From contig CBDCRP010000002.1 in NCBI GenBank assembly GCA_965221165.1, forward strand, positions 224,001-288,000: 64,000 nucleotides of DNA, in the 5' to 3' direction. Positions 61,816 through 64,000 of the stretch are shown in pieces; the stretch's first letter is position 1; each line of letters starts with the position of its first letter. The notes beneath the pieces are model-generated. The model was not told the origin of the DNA. It saw nothing but the letters and a program-made list of their open reading frames with translations, and ran no database searches. A program made the translations under genes and the position numbers. The stretch comes from a bacterium. Its GTDB lineage: Bacteria > UBA8248.

Positions 61816-61973
61816 AAATTTTTCATTCGTTTTTCGAAACATAAGCCAAAACCTATGAAAATGGGCCCTCGTGGACACAGCAAACAACTCGCATGACAAT
61901 TAGTCTACACTGAAAACATCACGAGGAAAAACACTTCACCATGAGGACGCGCCTGTTCTTCAACTGCTACCAA

Positions 61974-62897
61974 CTACGCTGGTGAATCACCCATCTGCTG
62001 CCCCGACCACTCCTCAAACATTTGCAGTAATTCCGTCTGATCTGAATCTGGACCGTATTTTTGCACACCCAGACCATATATCTGCCGGGCTTGATTCAAG
62101 AAAAACGCCGCCACCCCGTTTTCGCGGGCTAAATCACTCCCCATCGAGAGATCTTTGTGCATCAAGCCCGTGGAAAACCCACAGGTAAAGTCCCGCGGCA
62201 GGAGAAAGCGGGGCCATTTATCCTTCGTAGCACTGTTCATACCTGAACCTCCGTTCAAAACTTGGAGTGCTTTTTCAGGATTGATACCCAGCTTCGATGC
62301 CAAAACCATAGCCTCCATCGACGAGAGCAGGCTCGTGGCCGAGAGAAAATTATTCACGCATTTCATTGCGTGTCCAGATTCCGGCGCTTCATCTATATGG
62401 ACAATGGTTTTGCCCAATGTTTCGAAAATGGGCATCGCTGCGTCCACAATCTCTTTGGGGCCACCCGGCATGATGGCCAGGGTGGCGGCTTCTGCTCCTA
62501 CGACACCCCCTGAGACCGGCGCCCCGATAAGGTGCAAGCCCCTTTCTTCTACCCGTGAGGCGAGAACACTTGTCCTTGTGGGATAAGAGGAACTCATATC
62601 AATGATCAATTTCCCCTGTTCCAGATGTGTTGATATCCCATCCGGTCCATCAACTACTGCGTCAACGATATCACTATTGGGCAACATTGTGATGACAACA
62701 TCGGCGTGCCTTGCCAGATCGGCCAAACTCGCAGCCTCTTGCACACCATCGCTCGCCACGGCCTTCACATTTTCTGACCGCGTGTCATAGGCCACCACCG
62801 CGTAGTCGCCATGCCTCAGATTTTTTGACATGGGTGTTCCCATCTTTCCAATTCCGACGAAACCGATAGTCACACTTCCTGGCTCTAGAGTTTTCAT
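61974..62897 (-). CDS. 3-hydroxyisobutyrate dehydrogenase family NAD(P)-dependent oxidoreductase
   Basis: GFVGIGKMG, DMSS, APVSGG and K..NN motifs. Confidence 0.9.
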   Translation of the reverse strand: MKTLEPGSVTIGFVGIGKMGTPMSKNLRHGDYAVVAYDTRSENVKAVASDGVQEAASLADLARHADVVITMLPNSDIVDAVVDGPDGISTHLEQGKLIIDMSSSYPTRTSVLASRVEERGLHLIGAPVSGGVVGAEAATLAIMPGGPKEIVDAAMPIFETLGKTIVHIDEAPESGHAMKCVNNFLSATSLLSSMEAMVLASKLGINPEKALQVLNGGSGMNSATKDKWPRFLLPRDFTCGFSTGLMHKDLSMGSDLARENGVAAFFLNQARQIYGLGVQKYGPDSDQTELLQMFEEWSGQQMGDSPA

Positions 62898-63070
62898 AAT
62901 TTCCTCGCTATCTGGATAAACTTGCATGAAAGACACTATCAATCGCTAGATGTTTTTATTCGCCTGAAGGTTTTTGTCAATCCCCAACTCGAATGATAAG
63001 CTTATCAGTACCTTTGTTCTTTTAATCAACCGCCCTACGTGTATTCATATGCCATCCGAGGAGATTCGAA

Positions 63071-63796
63071 ATGGCGTCGATTTCGGCGGATGATGTTGTA
63101 TGCTACTTAGAAGAGAATCCTGGTTTTTTCATAGAACACCCCGATTCACTCCGACAAAGCGGCCTGCTGACACAAGACAGCACTTCAGCAAAAGTACTTA
63201 ACCTGCGAGATAAACTTTTTGACCGCTTAAAAGGCGAAAGAGAGGATTTAATACGACTTCTCGATGAGACGATAGAACTCGTCCGCCAAAATGAGCAGAT
63301 CGAAAAAGACTTTATCGCCATTGAACAACTCTTATTTGAACAAGCGCCTTCATTGGCAAGCCTTACAGAAATCGCAAAAAATATCGAAGCGCGTTTTGGA
63401 ATTGAATGCGCAAGCTTTTTGCTTCTGGAACCCATCGATGGCATTCCAGTGATTGCGGCAAAACCTGATGAATCATCCCGCATTCGCCCACTTGGTAAAA
63501 TAGAAGAAGAGCTCGTTCCCATGGAAGGAGGTGTTGTCCTCAACAGCAAACTAGAAGGAGGTGGAGGTCCACTCTTCCCAGATACCTTGAGAGAAGATAT
63601 CCAATCGACTGCTATTGTTACTTTAGAAATTCATGAGAAGAAAATTGGTTTTCTCATCTTGGGTTCAAAAAACCCCGAGCGATATCAAGAAGGGATGGCG
63701 ACCCACCTCCTTAAGCGTCTTGCAATGCGCCTAGCACTAGGAATTTCCATCTTCCAGCGCTTCAACAATGGAGAAACAGCAAAAACAAGTTCTTGA
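63071..63796 (+). CDS. DUF484 (YigA-like) GAF-fold protein
   Basis: V..YL..NP.FF..HP N-terminus and L.LGS..P.RY..GMAT..L C-terminus. Confidence 0.82.
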   Translation: MASISADDVVCYLEENPGFFIEHPDSLRQSGLLTQDSTSAKVLNLRDKLFDRLKGEREDLIRLLDETIELVRQNEQIEKDFIAIEQLLFEQAPSLASLTEIAKNIEARFGIECASFLLLEPIDGIPVIAAKPDESSRIRPLGKIEEELVPMEGGVVLNSKLEGGGGPLFPDTLREDIQSTAIVTLEIHEKKIGFLILGSKNPERYQEGMATHLLKRLAMRLALGISIFQRFNNGETAKTSS

Positions 63797-63843
63797 AGTA
63801 AAGCACTCATTTTGCCATGAGCGTTCTTGCCCTTAATGAATCA

Positions 63844-64000
63844 TCAGGCTGGAACTTCCTCCGCCTTTGAAACAAGCTCCATTACCTCAGAGATGCTGTT
63901 CAGATTTTCCAAATCCCGTACCTTCTGGATGATCGAATCCTCCGTTTCTTTATCGAGGACCGGTGCCGTCATTACATAGAATCGCTCGATCAATTCATCC
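63844..64000 (-). CDS. C-terminal fragment, possibly MmgE/PrpD family (truncated by window)
   Basis: My translation DELIERFYVMTAPVLDKETEDSIIQKVRDLENLNSISEVMELVSKAEEVPA* resembles MmgE/PrpD C-termini. Confidence 0.55.
   Translation of the reverse strand, partial: DELIERFYVMTAPVLDKETEDSIIQKVRDLENLNSISEVMELVSKAEEVPA

Overview
Core-genome segment of a Gram-negative bacterium; a Nitrospinota/Deltaproteobacteria-like lineage is inferred from gene order only. About 67 CDSs, mostly on the minus strand: argF(partial)-argG; secFD-yajC-tgt-mlaF-alr-dnaB-rplI-rpsR-ssb-rpsF; hppA; pth-rplY-prs-ispE; envelope/TPR genes; pmm-dedA-manC-uppP; a LIV-type ABC operon; efp-peptidase-aroQ-aroB-pilM; dusB-tsaD; ctpA; tkt; eno; nrdR-rpiB; dksA-rsfS-nadD-proB-obgE-rpmA-rplU. 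I found no tRNA, rRNA, CRISPR array, transposase, integrase, prophage or defence gene. The main unexplained structure is non-coding. Two mosaic clusters of REP/MITE-like palindromic modules (about 25.95-26.49 kb and 42.4-43.6 kb) share a ~157-bp unit in inverted orientation, and there are two 10-bp-phased A-tract arrays. Other oddities: a GC drop that begins inside tkt and affects housekeeping genes; rsfS in frame with nadD behind a single TAG and lacking a normal start for its N-terminal helix; a Zn-independent DksA2-type motif; a TGT with substituted specificity residues; and several normally conserved operons reduced to orphans. I cannot support a claim of a complete novel multi-gene system here.
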